Source: Octopus bimaculoides (taxonomy: Eukaryota). Taken from it: 64,000 nt of DNA. Position numbers and translations under genes: made by a program. How positions within the stretch are numbered: the first letter of the stretch is position 1; every line of letters begins with the position of its first letter. Location: NCBI RefSeq assembly GCF_001194135.2, contig NC_068999.1:51656758-51720757 (forward strand), given 5' to 3'. The notes under the pieces are model-generated. The model worked only from the letters and a program-made list of their open reading frames with translations. It did not search any database and was not told where the DNA came from. This document shows positions 13,147 to 25,585 of this stretch, piece after piece.

Positions 13147-13372
13147 CAGTAGTTCTCAGCTACTTTTTTGCCTATGGATCCCTTCGATCCCTATTTTCCA
13201 TTACCTTACTTCCATAGCAATTTGATGAATACAAAAAAAATCCTACTGTATTTTTATAATTAAATATCATTATGAATTGTATAAAAATAAAATGTATTGC
13301 AAATAATTTTTAACAACAAAATCTTATATGAACCTCCAAGGGTTATCTGAACTCAAGTTGAGGACAACAACT
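13147..13372. mobile_element. hAT/Charlie-like MITE, degenerate
   Basis: Left end cagtagttctcagc resembles CAGTGGTTCTCAAC; the right end gttgaggacaac is degenerate; AT-rich core. Confidence 0.45.
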
Positions 13373-13437
13373 CCAAAGCAAAAAAAAACAACCTATTGAA
13401 TGAAACTCAATATAAAAACAAAGTTAGGCTTGCTTAC

Positions 13438-13466
13438 CTTATACACTTGTTTTATATCAGACTGAC
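13438..13466 (-). other. Candidate 29-nt 5'UTR micro-exon / recursive-splice exon
   Basis: A pyrimidine tract of about 40 nt ends ...tttttttcttcactctgctcag|, followed by GTCAGTCTGATATAAAACAAGTGTATAAG and the donor |gtaagc. Confidence 0.5.
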
Positions 13467-14380
13467 CTGAGCAGAGTGAAGAAAAAAAATCAAAGGAGCA
13501 GGAGAAGAATCTAACTATTTCTTACTTCAATAGCTCCACTTAGTGAGAGAAAAAAAATGGCAGTGGGAGGAGAGAAAGAGACACAGAGAGAGAGGGAGAG
13601 AGAGAGAGGGAGAGAGAGAGAGAGAAAGCCAGAGGGGGAATGAGACAGGGGGATAGGGAGAGAAGGGTAAACAACAACAATATACAAAGTTTAAGTCTGA
13701 ATAGAAGTTATCNNNNNNNNNNNNNNNNNNNNNNNNNNNNNNNNNNNNNNNNNNNNNNNNNNNNNNNNNNNNNNNNNNNNNNNNNNNNNNNNNNNNNNNN
13801 NNNNNNNNNNNNNNNNNNNNNNNNNNNNNNNNNNNNNNNNNNNNNNNNNNNNNNNNNNNNNNNNNNNNNNNNNNNNNNNNNNNNNNNNNNNNNNNNNNNN
13901 NNNNNNNNNNNNNNNNNNNNNNNNNNNNNNNNNNNNNNNNNNNNNNNNNNNNNNNNNNNNNNNNNNNNNNNNNNNNNNNNNNNNNNNNNNNNNNNNNNNN
14001 NNNNNNNNNNNNNNNNNNNNNNNNNNNNNNNNNNNNNNNNNNNNNNNNNNNNNNNNNNNNNNNNNNNNNNNNNNNNNNNNNNNNNNNNNNNNNNNNNNNN
14101 NNNNNNNNNNNNNNNNNNNNNNNNNNNNNNNNNNNNNNNNNNNNNNNNNNNNNNNNNNNNNNNNNNNNNNNNTTACATGCATACACTATATATTTTAGTA
14201 TAAGAACGTTTATTCAAACTGTAAATAACACACAAAAGTCTGTTAATTCTTAGAAGGGGAGACCCCTTCCATAAAAATTTCTGGTAAGTGTTTTTCAGGG
14301 GATTCTTCCCTTCTCTGTCTGTCTCTTTTTTTTTTTTTTTTTTATACAGTAAAAACCTGTCCAATGTTAAGTTAATTGTT

Positions 14381-15282
14381 TCAGTGATATCAAAATGTTC
14401 CCAGGCTAGTTCTGTAGTGCGCTAACAGATGGCAGCACATGGTTGCATGTGCAGTGAGGCCTAGCGGTGACCTTCATGAGACACTGTGCCAAGTGACATC
14501 GCTGTATTTACTTTGCAAGTTGTGAAATTTGTTTTTGTGATCACATGTATGTTGTAGTCTGCGATTTTTGTCATGGACAGGAAGTTGGAACAACGAGCCA
14601 ACGTGAAATTCGGCATCAAACTTGGAAAGTCTGCTACAGAGACATTGAGCATGCTTCAGCAAGCTTACGATGACAAAGCAATGGGTCACATGCAATATTT
14701 TGAGTGGATCAGATGCTTCAAAAGTGGAAGAACATCCTTGGAAGATGATGAGCAATCTAAAAGACCTGCCATGAGCGTCGCCCTTGGAAATGTGGAGAAA
14801 ATTCATCAACTTGTGCATGAGGATTGTCAGAGGACAATCAACGATGTTTTGAAGCATTTGAAGGAGGACATTTGGCAAAAGTGACCAGATCTGTGGAGCA
14901 CAAAGAATTGGATTCTTTACAACAAAGCACTCTGTCACCAAACTCTCCTCACTTGTGAGTTTCTCACCAAAAACAACATGGTATTGCTTCTGCACCCACC
15001 CTATTCACCAAATTTAGCACCTGCAGACTTCTATCTTCCCTACAAGATGAAAATGCAGCTCAAAGGTCGCCGTTTTAACACTGCTGTCAAGATAAAGAGT
15101 GAATCGCAAAAGGTCCTTGACTCACTTACAGAAAATGACTTCCAGGCCAAATTCCAAAAATGGCACCAGTGTATTGCAACACATAGCAACTATTTCGAAG
15201 GAGATGATGTTAAAACTTCAGTAAATAGGTTATTTTTTATAAACATAACTAGTCCGGAAAGCTTTTGATATCACCTCGTGTA
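14381..15282 (+). mobile_element. Mariner transposon, internally deleted and non-autonomous
   Basis: HTH region MDRKLEQRANVKFGIKLGKSATETLSMLQQAY...; C-terminal HPPYSPNLAPADF motif. Inverted ends gtgatatcaaaatgttcccaggctagt (14384-14410) and actagtccggaaagcttttgatatcacctcgtg followed by TA (15248-15282). Confidence 0.9.
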
Positions 15283-16571
15283 TATATAGACACACACACA
15301 TACACAATTGTGTCTGTGTCTGTCTACATAGACACAAATACACAGGAGACCTGCATAAACATATGTCATTATGAAACAATATTTGCAAAATTGAACTTTC
15401 ATTTAGAATCTTTAACCCACTTTCTCATGCTAAAATCACATCAAGATACTTTTTCATAAATATCCATCCAGCATGTAGATGTCAATTAAAATCAATCAAT
15501 ATTAATATAAAAGTAATTATGGTTCTATAGATAAATATTATTTATCAGCAAAAAAGATAGCAACAATTTAACATGCTTTTCAGCATGTTTGATGTGCTCT
15601 AAATACTATAAAATGCCTATGGAACACAAAGGTTGATCAACCAGACACATAGGCTGACAGTGCATGGTGAACAACTGATAACATGGGTGTTCAATTAGCA
15701 TACACCTGACAAAACTACACACACACACACACACACACACACTCTGCAGAAAGACAAGCATAACATAAAGTAACCATGTTGCATTGCATTCTCTCAATCT
15801 CTGCAAATATTACAGTTTCCATGCATGCATATACATCAATCACAGCATACTGATCATTTTAAGCACAGGGTGTAGATAATGGATAAACCTTTTTGACCAC
15901 AAATCCTGTCCCTTCTACAATAAACAAAAGATGCTGCAGTCTGGTCAGAAGAGGCTTCTATGGAACAAGCCAGACCACTAAACACTAACCAAGTAGTTTC
16001 TGATTCACTCCCACTGACTGGCACCTCGGGCAAGTGTCTCCTACAATAGCCTGGAGTTAACCAATGCCTTCTGAGTGAAATTTGGCAGGAAACTAAGCAG
16101 AAACCCACAATGTGTGTGTATATATGTGTACAGGCATGTGTGTGTGTGTGTGTGTGTGCATGTTTTTTTTTTTTTTTCTTCCATGAATCTTCAGATAAAC
16201 ACAGCGTGGGCACTACTGATGTTTGCTCCCAGCTCAGCAGTTCAACATACCAACATCAACGGAATGCAAACAAAGTACCTAGCATGAAAAACAAGTGAGG
16301 ATTGGCATTAGGAATAGCATCCAGCAACTGGTTATTGCCCTGGAATGCTTCATCCAACCTATACCAGCTTCGAAGGAGTAGATGTCATGATGACCATGTT
16401 GATGCTACTGCTGATGATGATGATGAACAAAAAGAAAAGAACAACAACAACAACAGCACAACATCATCATTTCATGTTCTTAATTACTCATTCCAATTCA
16501 CTGCAAAACCCAACAGGATTTATATGCACAACATCTACAATTCTATATCCAATTCAATACAGTTTATACAT

Positions 16572-16684
16572 ACTAGGTTGAGGAAAAAGTTTGTGCACCG
16601 TGTTAAGCATTATTTTAACATGGCATTATTTTTAAAATAATGCCATGTTGAAATAATGCTTAACACGGTGCACAAACTTTTTCC
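16572..16684. mobile_element. MADE1-like foldback MITE (mariner-type TIR palindrome)
   Basis: 16582-16684 is a palindrome with 51-bp arms, 1 mismatch and a 1-nt centre. The left end reads TAGGTTGAGGAAAAAGT, similar to the mariner TIR start TAGGTTGGTGCAAAAGT. The outermost right end is missing. Confidence 0.7.
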
Positions 16685-18029
16685 CATTTCCCCATTTCTG
16701 CTGTGACTACCTCCAAAACATGCTGTAAATTCTCCTTTGTAACAAAGAAAGCAAAATGAAACAAATTTCAATGATTTCGATACACCGTATATGCCATTTA
16801 TGCGCAAAATGAAAAAATTCTGGGCTTAGTACTGACTCTTGCGATACTCCACAAGTAACCTTTATTTTTTATCATTTGATTCTTTACCTGTTTCAGTTAC
16901 TGGGCTGTGACCATGCTGGGGCACCACCTTGAAGGGTTTAGTAGAACAAATTGACTCCAATACATATCATCATCATCTTCCACACAGTTTCTATCTACTA
17001 TATTCACTCACAAAGCATTAGTTGACCCGGGGTTATAGTAAAAGACATAAGCCCAGCGTGTCACATAGTGGCACTGAGTCCAAAACCATGTAGTTAGGAC
17101 ACAAACTTCTTACCACACTCCTATAATATTTATACAAGATGACTTATGTTCACCAACCTTTACAAACTGTTGTCTGCTGCTTAAATAGCTTCTCAGACAA
17201 TTACGCAACACCTCTGACACCATATCATTTCAATTTATCATGTAACATACAGTGATCAATGATATCAAAAGCATATATAGTTTTTTTTAGATCAATACAT
17301 ACTCTTAAAGCATACTTGTTTTAGTCTTTTGACTTTTTTCTTTTTCTTCTTTTTTTTAGGCCAATACAATTAGTAATTCCTTCAATTAATCCAATTAGCA
17401 CCAGATAAATTGATCTATTCATTCTAAATCCAGCCACTAAGTATTTTGTGCTTCACACTCCTCAACAATAAACACCATTTGTACAGCACTGGCTCTCAAT
17501 CTACAGCGATTGCTTTGAATTTCGGTAGAACCAAATCTATTGAAGACCTGCTCTCTATCAGTCTCTGACCCTTAGGAATTTCAGCAAAAGCAATCTTGTT
17601 GTTCGCTGTGTCAGCAGAGGCTTCGGCTAGATCTTTGTTATGGCAAGAATCATGACACCCCCTGTGAGAATGGACTAGCCAAACTCGTATAAGTAGCAGC
17701 ATGTTTGACTGAGAGCGAGAGATGAGAAATCACAGGAAGTCAAAAGGTGTTGTTCGTGAGTTTGTGGAGTCGTAGGAAATTGTTGAGAAGTTGTTACAGT
17801 TTGTTGAGAGTTGTTTTGGATTGGTTACTATTGTTGGCAGAGTATTTGGGAATACATCAAGTGGAGACAGTTAGTGTCTACCCCGTTCCATGGTACTATA
17901 TATATCACACTGTATTAGTGCACGACACTAAGATGACATATACAGAAACCACATTATAAAAATCTGGTAAGCAAACCTATCTAATCTGTTCGGCTGTAAG
18001 TTAAGTTCCATTGCAGAGTGTACTGGCAT

Positions 18030-18290
18030 GATTCTCTTTGGGTCCTCAAATTTTATCACTTCTTCCTTCTGTGCATTAATGACCTATTTCCTGTACTTGT
18101 AACCACACAAGCACACACACACACACGAGCGCGTGTATGCATGCACTCTCTCTCCTATGCACACATCTTCCCTTCTTAACCTCCCACACATATCATCCAC
18201 ACAACCTAGCCATCTCACGAGACTTCCATAAACATCCTTCAATGTCAATGTGATAGTGTGAAAACCAATGAGTTTACTAAACAGGATCAC
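18030..18290 (+). mobile_element. Highly decayed CR1-like RT fragment
   Basis: SLGP...FLLCINDL and AISRDF pieces around a microsatellite. Confidence 0.35.
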
Positions 18291-19159
18291 ATGACTTGCT
18301 AGAAATTGCAGCCAAATTTCTCTCAAACCAATCTGTGCTTGAAGAAAGGTGGGGGGCCTTTGGTTATAGATCTGCCGTCATCAGGGTTGGCTTGGGATTC
18401 ATGCTCACAAATATCAAGGAATCTGTCTTGCATTATTCATTCCCTGCGCATGAGTAATACAGTGGCAACTAAAGCCCTCAAATTCACAACAAACACCAAG
18501 ACTCACGAGATCTGATGATCTCTCATCACAGTATCACACACACACACACACACATGCACTTGTGTAGACATCTGCACATACATATTCATACATACAATGC
18601 ACACACACACACACTCATGCACATCTATGCATACTTATGTAGACATGTACATATATATTCACACATATATATGCATACATGCATACACACACACACACAA
18701 AGCACATACACCCATGCATGCAGGACTGCCTGTTTGTTTGTATATTTGTAGATTTACTTACAACTAAAGCACATGACATACACACTCAAGTTGTTTTTTT
18801 CATGCCTCATTATAAATACTTGATTTTTGTACTTCAGTATTATCACGGTTATATCTTAGATTATATATAATTGCCTTTATCTGTAGATATTTGATAATTT
18901 TCAATCACTTACAGCAAACAATTATATAGTTCATTATATAGTCTTCTCTAATTGGTTCACTTTCCTTTACAAAACACAATACAGTTTGCTAAAATCAAAC
19001 CTTAGCAAAATTTAAATGGAATGACTTTGATTAACAACAGCTCTTTTGCACTTAAACACTAGTCATGTCCAGCCAAAATATATTTTATTTGCTTTATGTT
19101 CAAAAAAGCCAAATCCTGTCTCTCACACCTACATTACAATGTCATTCTAAAAACAAACA

Positions 19160-19560
19160 ATCATCATCGTTTAACGTCTGCTTTCCAAGCTGGCATGGGT
19201 TGGACGATTTGACTGAGGACTGGCAAGGCAGAAGGCTGCACCAGGCTCCAATCTGATCTGGCAGAGTTTCTACAGCTGGATGCCCTTCCTAACGCCAACC
19301 ACTTCGAGAGTGTAGTGGGTGCTTTTACATCCCACCAGCATGAGGACCAGTCAGGCAGGTACTGGCGACGGCCACACTCAAACTGGTGTAATTTACATGC
19401 CACCTGCATGGGAGCCAGTCCAGCGGCACTGGCAACGACCTCACTCGAATGATTTTCTAACGTACCACCAGCAGAAGTGCTAGAAGGCAACGCTGGTAAC
19501 GACTACGCTCAAATGGTGCTATTTACGGACCACTAGCACGGAAGCCAGACAGCTGCTCTG
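19160..19560 (-). mobile_element. Retroposon family B: (GAT)n tail plus an internal GC-rich tandem array
   Basis: 3' end ...GCATGGAAAGCGGACGTTAAACGATGATGAT. Other copies at about 5003-5275(-), 9510-9690(+), 9860-9970(+), 11815-11954(-), 22855-23020(-), 23020-23070(+), 27535-27620(-), 29865-30005(+), 43580-43815(+) and 47335-47495(+). An RTE-type tail is an inference. Confidence 0.8.
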
Positions 19561-20917
19561 GCAATGAATCAGACCATCAAAATCTCAAAGCTACACCATA
19601 GTGCATGAGTAATTCAAAACAGTGTGAATCAATATGCATTACATTTGACAGACTAATCTGAATGCTAAAGGGTGAAAATCATTCATCCTAACAACAAATC
19701 CGCTTTCCTGTAAGCACAGCTTATTCTTTTATTCTTTTATTCTTATTCTTTTATTCTTTACTTGCTTCAGTCATTTGACTGCAGCCATGCTGGAGCACCA
19801 CCTTAAAGGGCTTTTAGTCAAAGAAATTGACCCGAGGGCTTATTCTTTGTAAGCCTAGAACTTATTCTATCAGACGAAATACCGCTAAGCATTTCACCTG
19901 GCGTGCTAACGTTTCTGCCAGCTCGCCGCCCTCAATTTCTGCGTAACAAAGGTTTTGGTCATTCCGAGGCTGTAGAAAAAGACACTTACCCAAAATTCCA
20001 CACAGTGGAAAATCAGGTGGTTGGGAAGCAAATATCTTAATCACATAGCTATTTCTGTGTCTATCAATACACATACCCCAAAGAGGAAGTATTTAACAGA
20101 ATATTTCAACCATTTTTGCACCATGACTGACTTACTGGACACTTATGGTCAGGAATCTGTTATGTTTGCATCAATGAATCTATGTACACAGCTAAATGGA
20201 CCCCCTAATTTTTTTTTTTTTTTAGGTACTAAAATTTCTAAACAAGCCTCAAGAGAATCAGTTAAGTGTTGAAAAATAACTATTTTCCACCCTTATGATA
20301 ACATTAACCAAGAAAAAAAGATACGCTTCGGTCACCAACCCAAACCCCCACCCGACCCGTCCACACCCTGATATAAGAAAAACAACACATTCACATGTTG
20401 CTGAGATACTGTGGAATTTTGTTGACTTATACTGACAAACAATATTCTGGAACATGCTAAAGATTTAATCTATATTCTCTTCAAAAGATTTTTTTTTTTT
20501 TTTTTTTCAAAGACGTAAATATAAAAAAATGTAAGAAGCATGAGTTTAGAACAAATATTTCCTCCTTTGTTAGAAAGGGGACTTTTGAAGCAATAGAAAA
20601 TCCTGTCCACAACAAAGTTAAGACATATTTTCGTAGATTTACTTGTATAAGTGACAAACACAAGGGAGGAAGCAGACGTAGGCGAGAGGTGGAGAATAAA
20701 AAGGAAAGCTTCAGTAAAGTCAAGTCTAGTTTCTGTTCCTGGCTGAGGTCCACCCTTCGATTATGCAGTGAATGTCTTTGGAGAAGGCATGGCTATCATA
20801 ATTACCCTCTTTATTTCCCTTAGAAATTTGCAAATTCAAGACAAAGGAAATCAGTTTTTTTTCTTCAAACACAGAAAGCATTTGAAAAGCTGACTGCCAT
20901 TTGCGCGCACGCGCGCG

Positions 20918-20951
<34 letters not shown>

Positions 20952-20984
20952 ACCAATGACTTGCTGCATTCAACAATGCCCACT

Positions 20985-21980
20985 CATATACTGATGATAC
21001 AACCCTTCATTCCACCCTAACTTTCCGCAACCATGTTCATCCTCACACAGCTCACACATCACAAGCCAAAACCTGCATCGACTCCATAAGTGGAAACCTA
21101 TAATACATCTTCAGTGGGGCTTTCCAACCATGTCTCTTCTAACACAAAAAAAACACTCCAGCACACTTCATGTCAAGAAAACTCCAATACAACTCAAATT
21201 CATTTCCAGAAAACACCATCACACCACCACACCCCACTAAACATGAGCTGCACTCAGTTGCAGCCCCTACAGTCACTCCAAATGCTGGACTTCACTATCA
21301 CCAAGGATCTCTCCTGGTGAAAGCAAATCCTTAGTATAGCTATAACTGCATCCCAAAGATTAGACTGTCTCTCCCTAAAGCCACAAAATATTTCAGCCTC
21401 CAAATGCGGCTGACACCCTACAAGGCTCAACTGGAACCCACAGCACCCAAATCCAGGACTATGCTGCTGTGACATACAGAGGTGTCTTGGATCACATCTA
21501 AAGGGCCACTCAACAAACTGGAATTTCTATCACTAACAGACACACCCCAGCCCCTGGTCCATAAGCATGCTGTCTCCTCTCTTTTTCTTTTCTGTTGCTA
21601 CTTTATAATCCTTTCTAAGAGCACAAGGCCTGAAATTTTGGGGAAGGGGACTAGTCGATTACATTGACCCCAATGTTTCACTGGTACCTAATTTATCGAC
21701 CCTGAAAGGATAAAAGGCAAAGTTGACCTCAGTGGAATTTGAACTCAGAATGTAGTGACGGGCAAAATACCACTAAGCATTTCGCCCAGCATTTCTTGCA
21801 GTTTGCTGGTCCTGCTCCACATCTCTGTTCGGGCATCCCCAACCCACTCCTCTTTCCACCTCTCGTTACTCTTGGTGTGTCTAATCCTTCACCCTTGCAC
21901 TGACCATTTTTCCAAGTCCTTTCTACTCAGAACACGTCTCCACCCACCACCCAAAATCTTTTCCCCCAGCTCATGTCTTT
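20985..21980 (+). mobile_element. CR1/Jockey-clade LINE 3' RT remnant, interrupted by a SINE at about 21610-21810
   Basis: YTDDTTLHS (YADD-like); FTITKDLSW*KQILSIAITASQRL; PYKAQLEP; TDHFSKSFLLRT. Confidence 0.8.
21610..21810 (-). mobile_element. MetaSINE-like element (family C)
   Basis: The minus strand carries GCCTTTtATCCTTTCAGGGTCGATAAATTAGGTACCAG, resembling the Meta/Sauria central domain. Other copies at about 3425-3630(-), 5770-5895(-), 6155-6362(-), 12985-13135(-), 29220-29345(+), 29370-29560(+), 36240-36400(-), 46560-46690(-) and 61700-61780(+). Confidence 0.75.
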
Positions 21981-23314
21981 TGTGCAGATCTCTCTTTCCT
22001 CCAAGCCTTTCTTTCTTTGTTTTTCTCATTTCTTCCTTTGTTTTGTTTTTCTAAACTTTTTCTTTTCTCTTTTTCCTCTTACATTTTCTCAGAGAGCGAC
22101 CATAGTTATTTTGAGCCTGAAAGATTGCAGGCTTCTACACAGCACACTATACAAGTTCATCCAACTACTGTACTATCAGAGCATGTAACTTATAGTAGAT
22201 CATATTTAAATCCTGTGTATATTAAACTGTATCTATCTTTCAGTGGATGAAGTACATTTTTTTGTTGATTCTACCAATAATGAAACAGTACACTCTCACT
22301 CTCTCCTTCTCCGTGTATATATATAATATATATACACACACACCGCATATTTTAATTTCAGGGTGGAAAACACAGATAAGTTATTATATTAAACAAAGAC
22401 CAATTTTATTCTCACTATCAAAGATATTTAAATCTGTATCTCTCCCTCCCTCCCTCCCTGTCTTTTAGAGGACAGTTTTGTTCTATTTCATACCTATCTG
22501 CTGTTATTTATTCTCTAAATCAGGCTAGACATTCTTATCTAGACATCCCTGACTCACTCACACAAGATTTTCTTTACTTTATCAACAACCTATTAACCAC
22601 GCAAGCATCTATCTGCTCCCAAAGCCCTTGTTTTCAAGTATAAAACCAGTTTAAATGTTTGCTTGTACAATACCTTGTACTTCACAACAATTCAACAACA
22701 ATAGATACACAAATCTATTCAGTCAGTGTTCTTTTATTAAAAAAAATATTTCATTTAACCCTTCAATATCAACAACCCATCTTTTAGGTTGTTCAAGTTT
22801 ATTAATCCTTCCATTACCATATTTCTATTAAAATGCACTGGCTTTCAACATCAACATCATTCTTCAACATCTGTTGTCCATACTGGCATCGGTTGGAGGG
22901 TTTGACCAGGGCTGGCCAGCTGCAGAGCTGCACCAGGTTCCAGTCTGAACTGACTTGGTTTCTACGGCTGGATGTCCTTCATAACACCAACCAATTTGCA
23001 GAGTGTGCTGGGTGCTTTTAATCTGACCCATGCAAGCATGGAAAAGTGGATGTTAAAACAGTTATGATGATATTCCGGGACTATGGTTCCCATGTTTATT
23101 ACTTTGGTAATATACTGATGCTAACTAATGATACGTTCACAAGGCTTTTGCTAGCACCTGTAATTTGTAATGTCATGTCTTATTTGGTTAATGGCAAAAT
23201 CAACCGTTTGTAAGCAAGCAGAAGAAGCACCACCAAAGTAGATGCCATCTGTTAGCTGTCAGTTTAGCTACTCAGCTGACATTGCCCTTCCACAACATGT
23301 GCAATTCTACAGAG

Positions 23315-24400
23315 AACAAGTTATACACAATGAGTTGCAAGCTACTGGCTGTTGAATGTGCTAAATAACATGGCAATTGAGCAAAAGTATGGACCACCAC
23401 GAGCCGAGAAAATATTATTTGTGAATGGAGAAGACAGGATGAGACATTAGAGAAAACAGGAAGAGAAAATAAAACATGGGTTTTGTCATAAAGAAGCAAA
23501 ATTCTCACATCTAGAGGAAACCATCAATTTATAACTACCTACACAATCAACAAAGTATGGCGAATACAATCGCAACAATCTGATTATGTACAAGACAAGG
23601 AGACTGGAAAAAAAGTGGAATGTCCTAGCAGATGAGTTTGCTGGATCTTCACACATGGCTCAGTGGTGAAAGCAATGGGCTCACAACCAGTAAGTTCCAT
23701 TTCCAGACCAGGGTGTGTGTTGTGTTCTTGAGCAAGACACCTTATTTCACATTGCTCCAATTCACTCAACTGTAGAAATGAGTTGCAATGTCACTGGTGC
23801 CAAGCCGTATTGGCGTTTGCCTTTCCCTTAGATGAGAGGGGAGGCTGGTATGCACGGGCAACTGCTGGTCTTCCATAAAGCAACCTTGCTTGGATTTGTG
23901 CCTGGGAGGGGAACTTTCTAGGTGGTGCAATCCCCTGGTCATTCATGACTGAAGGGGTCTTTACCCGTTACTCTTCTTGTTACTACTTTTTCGTAACAGG
24001 TACATGAAAACAAAGACTAGGATTGCACAAAAGATGGTAGAAGGGTATGAACAAAAAAGAAATTATAAAGATTCTTGAGCATGTGACCAATGAAATTACC
24101 AACTACAGTGAAAAGGTAACATGGATGAACTGAAGTTAACATTTGATGTCCCATCAGGTAAAACTAACAAAAACAAAGGTGCAGGAATGGTGGCCAGCAA
24201 TGCAGATGATACAAAGCCCCTACTTTTACTAAACTTTAAATGAGAAACAATATAAAAAGAAACAATCCTATTCGGTAGATTCAGTAGTTTTTTTATTGAG
24301 ACTATTACAAGGTGTGTATGAATGAAGACAGTGTGAAACTGCAGTTGGAGAAAGTAACAAGACATTATGCTGGAAAGAAGCATAAAATGAAGACGGTGAT
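23315..24400 (+). mobile_element. pogo-family (POGK-like) transposase remnant, split by a SINE
   Basis: Brinker-type DBD remnant YTMSCKLLAVECAK*HGN*AK...IICEWRRQ (23315-23460). DDE-1 remnant GNMDELKLTFDVPSGKT..KGA...ADDTKPLLL...CMNEDSVKLQLEKV (24115-24360). Multiple stops. Confidence 0.75.
23651..23970 (+). mobile_element. SINE family E nested in the pogo remnant
   Basis: Colinear with the 10451-10797 copy. Confidence 0.85.
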
Positions 24401-25554
24401 GAGTTCAGGCAACAAGAAGAAGAGCACTTATTGAGTAAATCATTCATTTTAAATGAATAAGTTCTACTTCATTCATTTGTAGACCTAAACGCGCGTGCAT
24501 GCGTGTATGTGTGTGTATATTTTTACAAGGAAAAGGTTGATAGAGTGTCCAAAGTTTTGGCTGAAGAAAATCTGAAGAAAATTAAGCTGAAACTTTGAAG
24601 TTACTATCAACCTTTAAAAAGGTTTGTAGATATGAAATAAATCTGATACCCCACAAAAAGATGTTGAGTGACCCTTTGAGTAAAACTGATGGGGTTTTAT
24701 ATATACCTATACACACAAAAAAAAACACACGTATGCATGCACTTACACATATGCATGCAATTACACACATGCATGCATGTATACATGCACACATATGGAG
24801 ATACCCAAATGCACACATACACTTACAAATGCATGCGGGTACACACACACAATGTGAGACTAAGATGATATCATATTCCTAGACAAATAACCACATACAA
24901 TGTACACAAACAAAAACAATTTCTTAAGAGTCTCCAAGGAATACATGAATCTTGTGTTACCGATTCAAGTGAACATTTCAAATGACAACTAAACAACAAT
25001 GATAAAATACTGTGTTCAATGAAACAATAACTGCTACTGGGAATATATATTTAAAACAAAACCATATATGGTTTGCAGATAAGAGAATATACACGAAAGA
25101 AGATAGAACACGCATACCAGCTCCACACCAGCTCTGCATTGTTATATATTCTTTATAGCTGCAGGTTTCACTTTGTTTATAATATAAGCATGTATGTTGA
25201 AATAGCTTGTAGCATGAGAATTAAAATTAACAACAAAAATTTGAAAAGGGATAAACTGTTACACAGATGCTGTTGTCATTCTCCTCCACCTGCTCTTACT
25301 GTCATATTGCCATCGTCATGTTTCTTGTTTATATATCATTTCGTTTTGTTTAAAAAATGTAAGCATATATTTGCCTTTCAGCACAGGGTTAACAGCAGTA
25401 AATTTAATTTTGCAAGAGTGACTGTGCATACACCAAAACGGCTTTGAAAACATGCGACTCAGAGCTCTATCTCATTGTGTGATGCCCTGGGTAAGTGTCA
25501 GCTACTATAGCCTTGTGAATGGACTTGGTAGACAGAAAGTGAATGAAAGCTTAT

Positions 25555-25585
<31 letters not shown>

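Noticed and set aside
19315-19560. Repeat-spacer-like pattern suggesting a CRISPR array
   Set aside because: Degenerate tandem units inside a eukaryotic retroposon, with no constant repeat plus unique spacers and no cas genes.
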